Source: Candidatus Fermentibacteraceae bacterium
GTDB lineage: Bacteria; Fermentibacterota; Fermentibacteria; Fermentibacterales; JCC-6
Reading direction: 5' to 3'
Assembly (NCBI GenBank): GCA_041686025.1
Contig: JAWLEP010000039.1
Location: 1-23,506, forward strand
Length of the DNA stretch: 23,506 nt
Shown here: positions 8,093 through 16,299 of the stretch, in pieces
How positions within the stretch are numbered: position 1 is the first letter of the stretch
Layout: the number at the start of each line of letters is the position of its first letter
Made by a program: the position numbers and the translations under genes
The notes under the pieces: model-generated
What the model was told of the DNA's origin: nothing
Database searches by the model: none
The model's input: only the letters and a program-made list of their open reading frames with translations

Positions 8093-9472
8093 ATGATGCG
8101 GATGCTACTGGCGGCGGCTCTGACCATGGCTGCTGCGGCAGTCGCCGATTCCTGGGTGGTCTACGAGTTCCCCGACGGAAGGACGGTTTCCCCCCTGGAG
8201 GACACGCCCGCCGTGATGGAGGCCGAGTCGGTGACCATCGCCCCCCTGGAGGGCGACTCCCTGTTCCCTCCCAGGATGCGGGTGGAGTGCGTCTTCGCAC
8301 TGCACAACCCCACCGAGGACCCACTGTCCCTTACCGCGGGCTTCCCCCTGGAGACCCACTTCGGCAGCACCTACCACGCCATGCCGGACAGCGAGTACTA
8401 CGCCGCCTTCTCCTGGCGGGACATGGACCTGGAGTCCATGGACCCCGACAGCTTCGTGCCGGACAGCCTGGACTTCCGGGCTGCAGTGGACGGGCGGGAG
8501 CTTCCGGTGCGGTTCCGCTTCCAGCGGCCCGACCCCGACAGGGGTCTGCTCTGGCGCCCCCTCAGCGCGGTCTGGAACATGGAGATCCCCGCCGGCGAGA
8601 CCGTCCGGCTGGAGAACTCCTACACCACGGCATGGAGCTACCACAGCAGCGACCCCACCAACGTCTGGTGGCTGGACTACGTGCTTCGCAGCGGGGCCAC
8701 CTGGTCGGGCCCCATCGGGGCCGCCGTGGTAAGCATCACGGTGCCCGAGGGAATCCCCCGGCCCTGCATGGAGGACACCTGCATCGCCTCCTGGCTGCCC
8801 TCTCCTCCCTCCGCCGAGGTCTCCGGCCGAACCGTCACCTGGCGCTTCTCCGACTTCGAGCCGGACTTCGACGTCGGCATGAGGATCATGAGGTCCCGGC
8901 CGGAGATGGAGCTCACCTGGTTCGAGCTCGAGACCATGGCGGAGGAGGTCTCATGGACGCCCGACAGCCTGGTGCCCACCGCCATCGAGGCCCAGTGGTC
9001 GCTTACCTGGCAGCACATCCCCACCGCTACCCTCATCCACTGGCTGCGAAGGGGCCTGGCCGAGCATCCGGAGGCCCTGCAGCAGGTGGGCGCGGACCCC
9101 GCCAGCGTCCGGCAGCTTCTGGCCCGGGAAGCGAACCGGCTGCGGGAGTGCGAGGCTGTTGTGGAGGAGGCGGGCATGGACAGCCTGCTGCCCATCTTCA
9201 TCCTCAGGAGAAACTGGGCCGAGGAGGACCTGCGGAGGTTCGGGGACGACCCCGGCCTGCACCGCGACTACCTGCGGCTGCTGTCCGCAATGGAGGCCTG
9301 CCTGGAGGGCGGGGCTCCCAACAGCGTGGAGATATCCTCCTTCTACCGGCTGCTGGGCTGGTACTGGCCCGGCTGGGAGCTGGAGCCGGGGGTGTTCATG
9401 CGGCCCCTTTCCGCACAGCGGGTGCAGGAGGCGCTCCGGTCGGTGCAGGTGCCGCGGCCGTCGGACGACTGA
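8093..9472 (+). CDS. Secreted DUF4424-like protein with helical C-terminal extension
   Basis: Signal peptide MMRMLLAAALTMAAAAVA-D. Pattern MEAESVTI..RVECVFALHN..AGFP..FRAAVDG..W..AGETVRLENSY..YVLRSGATWSGPIG recalls DUF4424 (recognition, not a search). Confidence 0.72.
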   Translation: MMRMLLAAALTMAAAAVADSWVVYEFPDGRTVSPLEDTPAVMEAESVTIAPLEGDSLFPPRMRVECVFALHNPTEDPLSLTAGFPLETHFGSTYHAMPDSEYYAAFSWRDMDLESMDPDSFVPDSLDFRAAVDGRELPVRFRFQRPDPDRGLLWRPLSAVWNMEIPAGETVRLENSYTTAWSYHSSDPTNVWWLDYVLRSGATWSGPIGAAVVSITVPEGIPRPCMEDTCIASWLPSPPSAEVSGRTVTWRFSDFEPDFDVGMRIMRSRPEMELTWFELETMAEEVSWTPDSLVPTAIEAQWSLTWQHIPTATLIHWLRRGLAEHPEALQQVGADPASVRQLLAREANRLRECEAVVEEAGMDSLLPIFILRRNWAEEDLRRFGDDPGLHRDYLRLLSAMEACLEGGAPNSVEISSFYRLLGWYWPGWELEPGVFMRPLSAQRVQEALRSVQVPRPSDD

Positions 9473-9498
9473 ACCGGAATATACTGAAAGGAAAGTAC

Positions 9499-9960
9499 AT
9501 GGAGAGATGGAAGACCATGGACGCCGCCCTGGATTTCGCCATCGCCCGCGAGGTGGAGTCCCACGACTTCTACATGGACCTGGCCTCCCGCATGGAGAAC
9601 AGCGCCATGGCCGAGGTCTTCCGGGGCTTCGCGGAGGAGGAGGAAGGGCACAGGAAGAAGCTGGAGAAAGTCAAGCGGGGAGACTACGAGGGAGCCTCCG
9701 GCGACCCCGGGGAGGTCCCCGACCTGAAGATCGCCGACTACGTGGTGGACGTGAAGCCCTCCCCCGACATGGACTACGGCGACGCCCTGGTGCTGGCCAT
9801 GAAGAAGGAGAAGGCGGCCTTCAGGCTCTACACCGATCTGGCGGCCAATGTCCGCAGCCGGAGCCTGCAGGACCTCTTCGGCATGCTGGCCCAGGAGGAG
9901 GCAAAGCACAAGCTCCGCTTCGAGCTGGAGTACGACAGCAGCATACTCACGGAGAACTGA
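9499..9960 (+). CDS. Ferritin-like / rubrerythrin diiron four-helix-bundle protein (no rubredoxin domain)
   Basis: Duplicated diiron motifs AIARE..FY..EEEGH and AMKKE..LY..EEAKH. ATG at 9499 with RBS AAGGA. It is the C-terminal part of ORF 8086..9960. Confidence 0.9.
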   Translation: MERWKTMDAALDFAIAREVESHDFYMDLASRMENSAMAEVFRGFAEEEEGHRKKLEKVKRGDYEGASGDPGEVPDLKIADYVVDVKPSPDMDYGDALVLAMKKEKAAFRLYTDLAANVRSRSLQDLFGMLAQEEAKHKLRFELEYDSSILTEN

Positions 9961-9967
9961 GGCCGGC

Positions 9968-9997
9968 CCCGGCCGTCCCGGCGCCGGGGCGGCCGGG
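9968..9997 (+). terminator. GC-rich hairpin after the ferritin-like gene (terminator-like, no U tract)
   Basis: CCCGGCCGTCCCG-GCGC-CGGGGCGGCCGGG forms a 13-bp stem with one G-U pair, 7 nt after the stop. Confidence 0.45.
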
Positions 9998-10126
9998 CAC
10001 CGCATATGTGACGCGCAGCAGCGCCCTCAATATTGTTGCACCCTGGTATTCACTTTTGAAAAGGCCGCCGCAGTGCCTGCCTAGAGAAGCGCGGGAAGGC
10101 GGCGATAGAGCCTCGGAGGACTGGGC

Positions 10127-12964
10127 TTGGGCTTCACCATTCCCGGATACAAGCCGGTTGAGAAGCTGGGCAGCGACCGCCTCGGCGTGCGCTACAAGGG
10201 GATCCGCCGCTCCGATTCCACCGATGTCCTCATAAGGATACTCAAGAGAAAGGTCTTCGCCTCCGAGAGGGCGGCGGACGAGTTCGGGCAGAGACTGTTC
10301 GACCTCTCCGAGCTGTCCCACCCCAACCTGGCCACACTGCTGGAGTATCACCGCATCGAGGGCCGATTCGTCCTCATATACCGGCTCCCCGCCGGACGGT
10401 CCCTGGCGGAGACGCTGGAGGGCGCAGGCGGGCCGATGCCGCGGGGTCGGGCCGTGAGCATGGCCCTGCAGGTACTGGCCGCCCTGGAGTACGCCGACCG
10501 GGAGGGCAGGCTCCACCACGGCGAGCTCACCGCCTCCAACGTCTGGGTCTCCGGCTCCGGGGGCGTATCGGTGCTGGAGCTGGGGCTGGTGGACGCCACC
10601 GGCCGCATCGGCATGTCCACCGCCGGCATTCCCGCCGAGAGCCTTCCGTACCTGGCGCCGGAGAGGCTTCTGGAGCGCGGCATCTTCCACAGGAGCGACA
10701 TCTACTCGGTGGGGATGCTGCTGTACCGCCTGCTGGCCGGACGCTTCCCCTTCGCAGTAACCGGCACCACTGAAGTCGTGGAATCGGTGAAGCGCAAGAA
10801 GTTCCCTCCTCCCACCGAGTTCAACGGCGACATACCGGAGGATCTGTCCACCGCCATACGCCGGGCGATACTGAAGCACCCCTCCCGCCGGCTGGCAGGC
10901 GCCGAGGAGTTCCGCGAGCTGGTGGAGCCCTTCGCCCGCGAGGCTCCCGCCGAGGCCGCCGCGAAGCCCGAGCCGGAGCCCTCCGCCCCGAAGAAGGGCA
11001 AGAAGAGCCGCCGGGAGAAGATCCTGGAGGCCCGCAGGAAAAGGGCGGCAAAGGCGGAGGCCGCGGTGGACGTAGGCCTGCGGCAGCTGTCGGAAGAGAA
11101 GGTGGCGGATGCCGTTGCCAGCGCCAGGAAGGCGTTCGACCTCAACCCCTCATGCAGGACGCTTCCCGGCCTGGTGGAGAAGCTGGAGGCCCTGGAGGAG
11201 GAGAAGGCCGAACCGGGAAAGAGGCCGGCCAAGAAGGAGGTCTTCGAGGGCCTGTTCGAGAAGGAGGTGGGCGAGGAGGCGGAGGAGATCCCGGGCCTGC
11301 TGGAGTCGGCCCCCTCCCATACCGACCCGGAGCGGGAGAGCTACCTGATCTCCGAGATCCGCTCCCAGATGAGGCAGAACAACTTCCGGGAGGCCGCCAT
11401 AGTCGCCGGCGACGCCCACCTGGAGTTCCCGGACAACGCCACCATCACCGAGCTCTACGTGCGGCTGGACAAGCTGTTCCACCCGGAGAAGTACCGGGTA
11501 CCCGAGCGGGAGCTCCGCAGGAGGCGGGAGGAGGCCCGGGCGGAGGCCGAGGCCGCCGGAGAGGCCGCACCCGCAATCAGCGAGGAGGAGCTGGAGCAGC
11601 TGGAGGACGAGGAGTACGCCCCGGCCATGGCCCCCTCCCGGAAGCGGACCTACGTGGTCGGGGCCGCCGGTCTGCTGGGGCTGCTGGCGGTGTTCTTCCT
11701 GGTGGTGCTGCCCAGGCTCTCCGGCGGCCCTTCCGGGCCCGCCGGCCCGGCCCCCTACAGCGTGGCGCTGCGGGTGCGGGGGCCCGAGGAGCCCACCGTC
11801 CTCTTCGACGGCGAGAAGGCGGAGCCGGACCGCCAGGGCACCTACCGCCTCGAAGGAGACGACTTCGGACCCCTGGAGGTGGAGGTCCGCTCGAATCGGC
11901 ACGAGACCGTCAGCAGGAGGTACACCCTGGAGGAGGGCGCCTCCATCACCGACACCCTTCAGCCCCCGCCGCTGGGAACGGGCACCGCCGTGCTGGACCT
12001 GAGCGCCGAGATTCTCCCGGAGGGCCAGAGGCCGGAGAACCCCGATGAGGTACGCTACTTCCTGGACACCAATCTGGTGCAGCCCGGCGCCGAGGTCCCC
12101 ACCGGCCGCTACGTGGCCAGGGCTGAGCTGGAAGGCTTCCGCTCCATCTCCGAGACCCTTCTGGTCAGCAGGCCCGACACGGTGAGCGCTACGCTGCAGC
12201 TGGGCCCGGTGGGCACCTCCGAGATCAGGCTCTCCGTGGCCGGCAGCGTACCCGGAAACGCCGACTTCTACGTGGACGGCAGCCGGGTCGGCGGCGGAAG
12301 GAGCGTTGTCTATCCCGCGGAGATGGGAACTCACACCATAGCGGTCCGCATGGACGGCAGGGAGAGCTGGTCAAGGCTGATAGAGCTGGGGCAGGACGGT
12401 TTCCAGGCCACGGTATCGCCGGCGGAGGTGCAGAGGACGGGCCAGCTGCTGATAGCCCCGGAGCCCTGGGCCTCGGTGGAGATAGACGGCCAGAGCTACG
12501 GCGAGACCCCCAGGCCCCCCATAGAGCTGGAGGAGGGGGAGTATACGGTGCGGCTGTCCAACCCCGAGTACGAGGAGCAGGTCCAGACCGTCACCATCAC
12601 CGCCGGGGAGGACACGCGGATAGGCTACAACGCCCAGCTCCGTGCCACGGGACTGGAGGAGATAACGGGAGGCGAGGGCGGCGGGGAGGAACAGGTACAG
12701 CCGCCGCAGGTCCTGTCCCGCACCGAGCCGGAGTACCCCGAGGAGGCCCTGGCCCGGGAGGGCCTCTCGGGGTCGGTCACACTGTACGTAACGGTAAGCC
12801 CGGAGGGGCAGGTCACCAGCGCCAGGGTGGCCTACGACGGCGTGGGATACGGATTCGCAGAGGCCGCAGTCGAAGCGGTGGCCGACTGGGAGTTCGCACC
12901 GGGGACCCGCGACGGAGAGCCGGTGGAGGCCACCAGGACGGTCACCATTCCCTACAGCCCCTGA
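10127..12964 (+). CDS. Membrane-anchored Ser/Thr kinase-like (pseudokinase) protein with PEGA-like repeats and C-terminal TonB domain
   Basis: Hanks-fold motifs LSHPNL, YLAPE and SDIYSVGMLLY..LAGRFPF, then a charged helical linker and TM VVGAAGLLGLLAVFFLVVL. PEGA-like units (ADFYVDG..GTHTIAV; ASVEIDG..GETP..GEYTVRL). TonB_C PEYPEEA..GSVTLYVTVSPEGQV..AAVEAVADWEFAPG..DGEPV. TTG start with RBS GGAGGA. Confidence 0.88.
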   Translation: MGFTIPGYKPVEKLGSDRLGVRYKGIRRSDSTDVLIRILKRKVFASERAADEFGQRLFDLSELSHPNLATLLEYHRIEGRFVLIYRLPAGRSLAETLEGAGGPMPRGRAVSMALQVLAALEYADREGRLHHGELTASNVWVSGSGGVSVLELGLVDATGRIGMSTAGIPAESLPYLAPERLLERGIFHRSDIYSVGMLLYRLLAGRFPFAVTGTTEVVESVKRKKFPPPTEFNGDIPEDLSTAIRRAILKHPSRRLAGAEEFRELVEPFAREAPAEAAAKPEPEPSAPKKGKKSRREKILEARRKRAAKAEAAVDVGLRQLSEEKVADAVASARKAFDLNPSCRTLPGLVEKLEALEEEKAEPGKRPAKKEVFEGLFEKEVGEEAEEIPGLLESAPSHTDPERESYLISEIRSQMRQNNFREAAIVAGDAHLEFPDNATITELYVRLDKLFHPEKYRVPERELRRRREEARAEAEAAGEAAPAISEEELEQLEDEEYAPAMAPSRKRTYVVGAAGLLGLLAVFFLVVLPRLSGGPSGPAGPAPYSVALRVRGPEEPTVLFDGEKAEPDRQGTYRLEGDDFGPLEVEVRSNRHETVSRRYTLEEGASITDTLQPPPLGTGTAVLDLSAEILPEGQRPENPDEVRYFLDTNLVQPGAEVPTGRYVARAELEGFRSISETLLVSRPDTVSATLQLGPVGTSEIRLSVAGSVPGNADFYVDGSRVGGGRSVVYPAEMGTHTIAVRMDGRESWSRLIELGQDGFQATVSPAEVQRTGQLLIAPEPWASVEIDGQSYGETPRPPIELEEGEYTVRLSNPEYEEQVQTVTITAGEDTRIGYNAQLRATGLEEITGGEGGGEEQVQPPQVLSRTEPEYPEEALAREGLSGSVTLYVTVSPEGQVTSARVAYDGVGYGFAEAAVEAVADWEFAPGTRDGEPVEATRTVTIPYSP

Positions 12965-12970
12965 CCCGGG

Positions 12971-14053
12971 TCAGCCCTCCGGCCTGATCATCTTGGTCAC
13001 GTAGGAGCTCTCCATCAGCCGCACCAGGCCGGAGTAGCCCATCCCGAACTCCATGGTGTCGCCCACCTTCAGGCCGCCGGGGTCCTCTCCCACGTTCACC
13101 ACGGCCACGTCGCTGCTGGCCCCCACCACGGAGGCCCTTCCAGCCGGGGTCAGGGAATGGACGTCGGTGTCCAGCTCTCCCACGGTGACCAGGGCCCTCC
13201 AGCCCCTCTCCCCGGGGGCGTGAGACTCCTCCGATTCCTGCACGCCGAAGGGGGCCAGCCTCTCGTGCCTCTCGCCGAAGGGCTCCAGGCTCTTCTCCTT
13301 CAGCTCGATCACCTCCGCCTCCAGGCGGAACGCGTCCCCCCGAAGGCCCTCCATCAGCCCTCCGGATATCAGGTTCGTGCCCAGCAGTATGGACTCCCCT
13401 ATCCGGAAGTTGTTGATCCCCTCCGGCATCTGCCCCCGGCGCAGCAGGGGCAGGGCGGCGCTGGATGCCCCGCTGACCAGCATGGAGTCGGCCCGGAACT
13501 TCAGCTCCAGCAGCTCGCGCTGCATCACCAGCTCGGACAGCTGGTCCACCGAGGGCAGCGTACCGGCCACGCAGCCCAGGCTGGCGCCTATGCCCGCCAC
13601 CTCGATCCCGTCGACCTCCCGGGCCTGCGAGAAGAAATCCACCAGGTTGCCCGGCAGTATGCCCTCCCGCTGATCACCCAGCTCCACCATCAGTATCACC
13701 CTGTGGGTCCGCCCGGCCCTCTCCGCCGCCCGGCCCAGCATCCGCAGGGTGGCCATCTCCGTGTTCAGCGACAGGTCGGCCAGCTCCACCACCTGCTCTA
13801 TGGCGGAATGGTGGGGCGGACGTATGTACCAGACCTCGCCGCGGAAGCCGGCCCTGCGTGCGGCCCGTATGTTGGACAGCCGCGAGTCGCCGATCCTCTC
13901 CACTCCGCACTCCAGCAGGGCCCGCAGGTAGGTCTCGTGCCCGCAGAGCGCCTTGGTGACCACCGTGAGCGTCCCTCCGTGGCCGCTCACCCACTCCCGG
14001 ACCGTCTCCAGGTTGTGAGCCAGGCTCTCCCTGGATAGCACCAGCCTGTTTAT
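12971..14053 (-). CDS. PLP-dependent alanine/ornithine racemase family protein (YhfX/Orr-like)
   Basis: VVTKALCG (PLP lysine), DSRLSN, SLNTE, MVELGDQREG, GASLGC, SGASS, NNFRIGE and GASSD. Start placed at ATA 14053 from RBS spacing; the ORF-track start is GTG 14041. Confidence 0.88.
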   Translation of the reverse strand: MNRLVLSRESLAHNLETVREWVSGHGGTLTVVTKALCGHETYLRALLECGVERIGDSRLSNIRAARRAGFRGEVWYIRPPHHSAIEQVVELADLSLNTEMATLRMLGRAAERAGRTHRVILMVELGDQREGILPGNLVDFFSQAREVDGIEVAGIGASLGCVAGTLPSVDQLSELVMQRELLELKFRADSMLVSGASSAALPLLRRGQMPEGINNFRIGESILLGTNLISGGLMEGLRGDAFRLEAEVIELKEKSLEPFGERHERLAPFGVQESEESHAPGERGWRALVTVGELDTDVHSLTPAGRASVVGASSDVAVVNVGEDPGGLKVGDTMEFGMGYSGLVRLMESSYVTKMIRPEG

Positions 14054-14069
14054 GGAGAACCACCTCCCC

Positions 14070-14948
14070 TCACCGGTTCAGCTCCTGTCCCGAAAGACTC
14101 CAGTCGGTCCCCGGAATCCTCAGTATCCTCCCCGTCCCGTCCTCGCTCACCGCCAGCGACCCGTCCGGAAGCACCACCGCGTCCTCCACCGTAGACAGGC
14201 TGTCCACCAGCACGGTCACATCGCCTTCCGCGTCGACGGCCACCACCCGACCGTTGCCGTGGCCGCGGTCCTCCTCCACCACCAGCAGGGGAAGCACGCC
14301 TCCGGGGGAGAGGGCCAGGCCCTCGCATGAGAACAGGCCCCGGCAGAGGACCTCCGGGGATTCAGATCCCGGCTGCAGCGACAGGACGCTGTTCCAGGTG
14401 AGCATGCCCGAGGACTCGTTGGCTATGTACAGGGTGCCCGAGGAGTCGCAGGCCAGATCGGTGAAGCTGTACAGGAAGTCCATCTCCAGCATGCTGAAGG
14501 GCTCTGCATCGGGGGGAATCGCCAGCACCCCGGTCCTCAGGGGAAAGGGTATGCCCCCGCTCTGGGCGTTGGACCAGCTGACGGCGATGGTCCCGTCGGG
14601 CATCAGGCACACCCCCTCGGGGGCGGAGAGGTCCGAGGCCAGCACCTCCATCTCCCCGTCCGGTCCGATCCTCAGCAGCCGGCCGCCGATCACGTCCTCG
14701 GTAACCAGCAGCGACCCGTCGGGCAGGGCGCAGATACCTTCGGGGTTGCTCAGTCCGTCCGCCACCACCCGGCTGGAGTCGCCCCGCAGGGCCAGGACCC
14801 GGCCGGCGAGCTCCTCGCATACGTAGAGGGTAGAGTCCGTACCCAGCGCCAGACCATCCGAGCCCCGCAGCCCCTCCAGCAGGACCTCCCGGCCGGCGTC
14901 CGGACCCGCGGCCGTCAGCAGGGCCAGGGCCAGGGCTGCCGCGGTCAT
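14070..14948 (-). CDS. Secreted beta-propeller protein (SMP-30/gluconolactonase/NHL-like repeats)
   Basis: Hydrophobic N-terminus MTAAALALALLTAAG. Six repeats of the type GLxxPEGIxxxPDGxLxVxE (GSDGLAL, NPEGICA, APEGVCL, FTDLAC, SCEGLAL, VEDAVV). Confidence 0.78.
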   Translation of the reverse strand: MTAAALALALLTAAGPDAGREVLLEGLRGSDGLALGTDSTLYVCEELAGRVLALRGDSSRVVADGLSNPEGICALPDGSLLVTEDVIGGRLLRIGPDGEMEVLASDLSAPEGVCLMPDGTIAVSWSNAQSGGIPFPLRTGVLAIPPDAEPFSMLEMDFLYSFTDLACDSSGTLYIANESSGMLTWNSVLSLQPGSESPEVLCRGLFSCEGLALSPGGVLPLLVVEEDRGHGNGRVVAVDAEGDVTVLVDSLSTVEDAVVLPDGSLAVSEDGTGRILRIPGTDWSLSGQELNR

Positions 14949-14967
14949 GGCCCTGCCTCGGGCGCCG

Positions 14968-15597
14968 TCACAGGAAGCTCCCCGAGAGGAACGGGTTGGT
15001 CCTCCGCTCCCGGCCCACGGTGGTCTCCGGACCGTGGCCGGGCAGTATGCGCACCGAGTCATCCAGCCCCCGAAGCACCTCTGAGATGGACCGCTGCAGC
15101 AGCTCCGTACTTCCGCCAGGCAGGTCGGTCCTGCCCACCGACCCGGCGAAGATCAGGTCCCCCGAGATCAGGATGCCCTCACCCAACAGGCAGATGCTGC
15201 CCGGTGAGTGCCCGGGAGCGTGCACCACCCGGAAGGCGAGCCCGTCCGGCCCCACGGTATCCCCGTCCGCCAGGAAGCCGGTGGGCGCAGGGGGCGGGGG
15301 CAGGGGTCTCCCGGTCATGGCCAGGGAGTGCTCCACCGCCTCCTCCAGCCCCGCAGCCGCCTCCCTGTGCACCAGCAGGCCGGCCCCGGTGGCCTCCATC
15401 AGCCCCCTGCATCCGCCCACGTGGTCGAAGTGCCCGTGGGTGCAGACGATGCTCTCCAGCTCGGGGCCGTCCTCCTCCAGGGCCGCAAGCACCCTGTCCG
15501 CGTCCCCTCCCGGGTCCACGGCCATGGCCCTTCCCTCCCCGGAGATGAGGTAGCAGTTCACGTCCAGGGGGCCCACGGTCAGCCTGCGTATCCGCAC
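14968..15597 (-). CDS. MBL-fold metallo-hydrolase (glyoxalase II/YcbL-like)
   Basis: VGPLDVNCY, VDPG, THGHFDHVGG, PGHSPGS, SGDLIFAGSVGRTDLPGG and PGHGPETTVGRERRTNPFL. Confidence 0.93.
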   Translation of the reverse strand: MRIRRLTVGPLDVNCYLISGEGRAMAVDPGGDADRVLAALEEDGPELESIVCTHGHFDHVGGCRGLMEATGAGLLVHREAAAGLEEAVEHSLAMTGRPLPPPPAPTGFLADGDTVGPDGLAFRVVHAPGHSPGSICLLGEGILISGDLIFAGSVGRTDLPGGSTELLQRSISEVLRGLDDSVRILPGHGPETTVGRERRTNPFLSGSFL

Positions 15598-15600
15598 GCC

Positions 15601-16191
15601 CTAGCCCTCCTCGGACAGGACTGCGATGGACTCCAGGACCGGGTCCACCGACTGCATCCCCGGATCGCCGGAGTCGAACATGCAGTCACCCATCACCCCG
15701 GCCTCCCGTATGTCTGCCCCGTCGGGAAGCCGGAAGCGGAGAAGCAGTCCTTCCAGGGGGGTGCCGGCCATGTCGGCGGTGCCGCCGTAGTCCCAGCCGA
15801 AGCCCGCGATGCGGAAGGGCCCCGCCAGCTCTTCCACCTCCTGCAGGGTCATGCCCACCCGTACACCCTCCGGCGCAGTCCATCCGGGCCCCAGCGCCGT
15901 AATCCGGCGGGACCCGGAAGGGTCCCCGTCCCGCCAGACCACCGAGAGATGGAGGTCGGTGGCCGCCATAATCTCGGTGCCCGGGCTGTAGTAGCCCTCA
16001 CCCATGTGGATCAGCGTATCCTTGAGGACGGAGTCGGCGAAAACACCCGCCAGATCCTCCCTGGAAGCCGAAAGGGTCACGGGCCCCGCTCCCACCCCCG
16101 GCACCAGCTCCGTGGAGAAGCCGGAATCCGAAGGCATGGAGGCCGTTGCCGCCATCAGAACCATCAGGATGCCGGACGCTGCTGCAGTCAT
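15601..16191 (-). CDS. Exported hypothetical protein
   Basis: 196-aa ORF with GC3-biased codons, a hydrophobic N-terminus and a GVRVGMTLQEV..PF.IAGFGWDYGGT motif. It ends 3 bp before the MBL gene start, suggesting an operon. Confidence 0.75.
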   Translation of the reverse strand: MTAAASGILMVLMAATASMPSDSGFSTELVPGVGAGPVTLSASREDLAGVFADSVLKDTLIHMGEGYYSPGTEIMAATDLHLSVVWRDGDPSGSRRITALGPGWTAPEGVRVGMTLQEVEELAGPFRIAGFGWDYGGTADMAGTPLEGLLLRFRLPDGADIREAGVMGDCMFDSGDPGMQSVDPVLESIAVLSEEG

Positions 16192-16226
16192 TATGCTCCG
16201 CCCTTCAAAGCCGCGCGTACCGGCGC

Positions 16227-16255
16227 TTGCCAGACGCCCTCGGCCGGCCTAGTAT
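16227..16255 (+). promoter_or_regulatory. Sigma70-like promoter for the FG-GAP gene
   Basis: TTGCCA (16227-16232), 17-bp spacer, TAGTAT (16250-16255). Confidence 0.5.
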
Positions 16256-16299
16256 CATGAGGAGTGAACAACCCACCGCTTCGGGAAGATGGTGGTCCC

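Noticed and set aside
8086..9498. Apparent 624-aa fusion ending in the ferritin-like domain
   Set aside because: The N-terminal part is an off-frame reading of the DUF4424-like gene; the ferritin-like gene has its own RBS and ATG at 9499.
9983..9993. GCCGGGGCGGC shared with the hairpin at 19315-19325 as a REP family
   Set aside because: Pure G/C 11-mer, and the two hairpins have different architectures; insufficient evidence.
9958..9997. TGA plus hairpin after the ferritin-like gene as a second Sec site
   Set aside because: The four-helix domain is complete at the stop and the downstream frame is not protein-like; a terminator or stability hairpin fits better.
16264..16299. GTG 16264 as start of the FG-GAP gene
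   Set aside because: GAGGA abuts the codon with no spacer, it lies at about the predicted transcription start, and it adds a non-signal-like leader; ATG 16300 is preferred.
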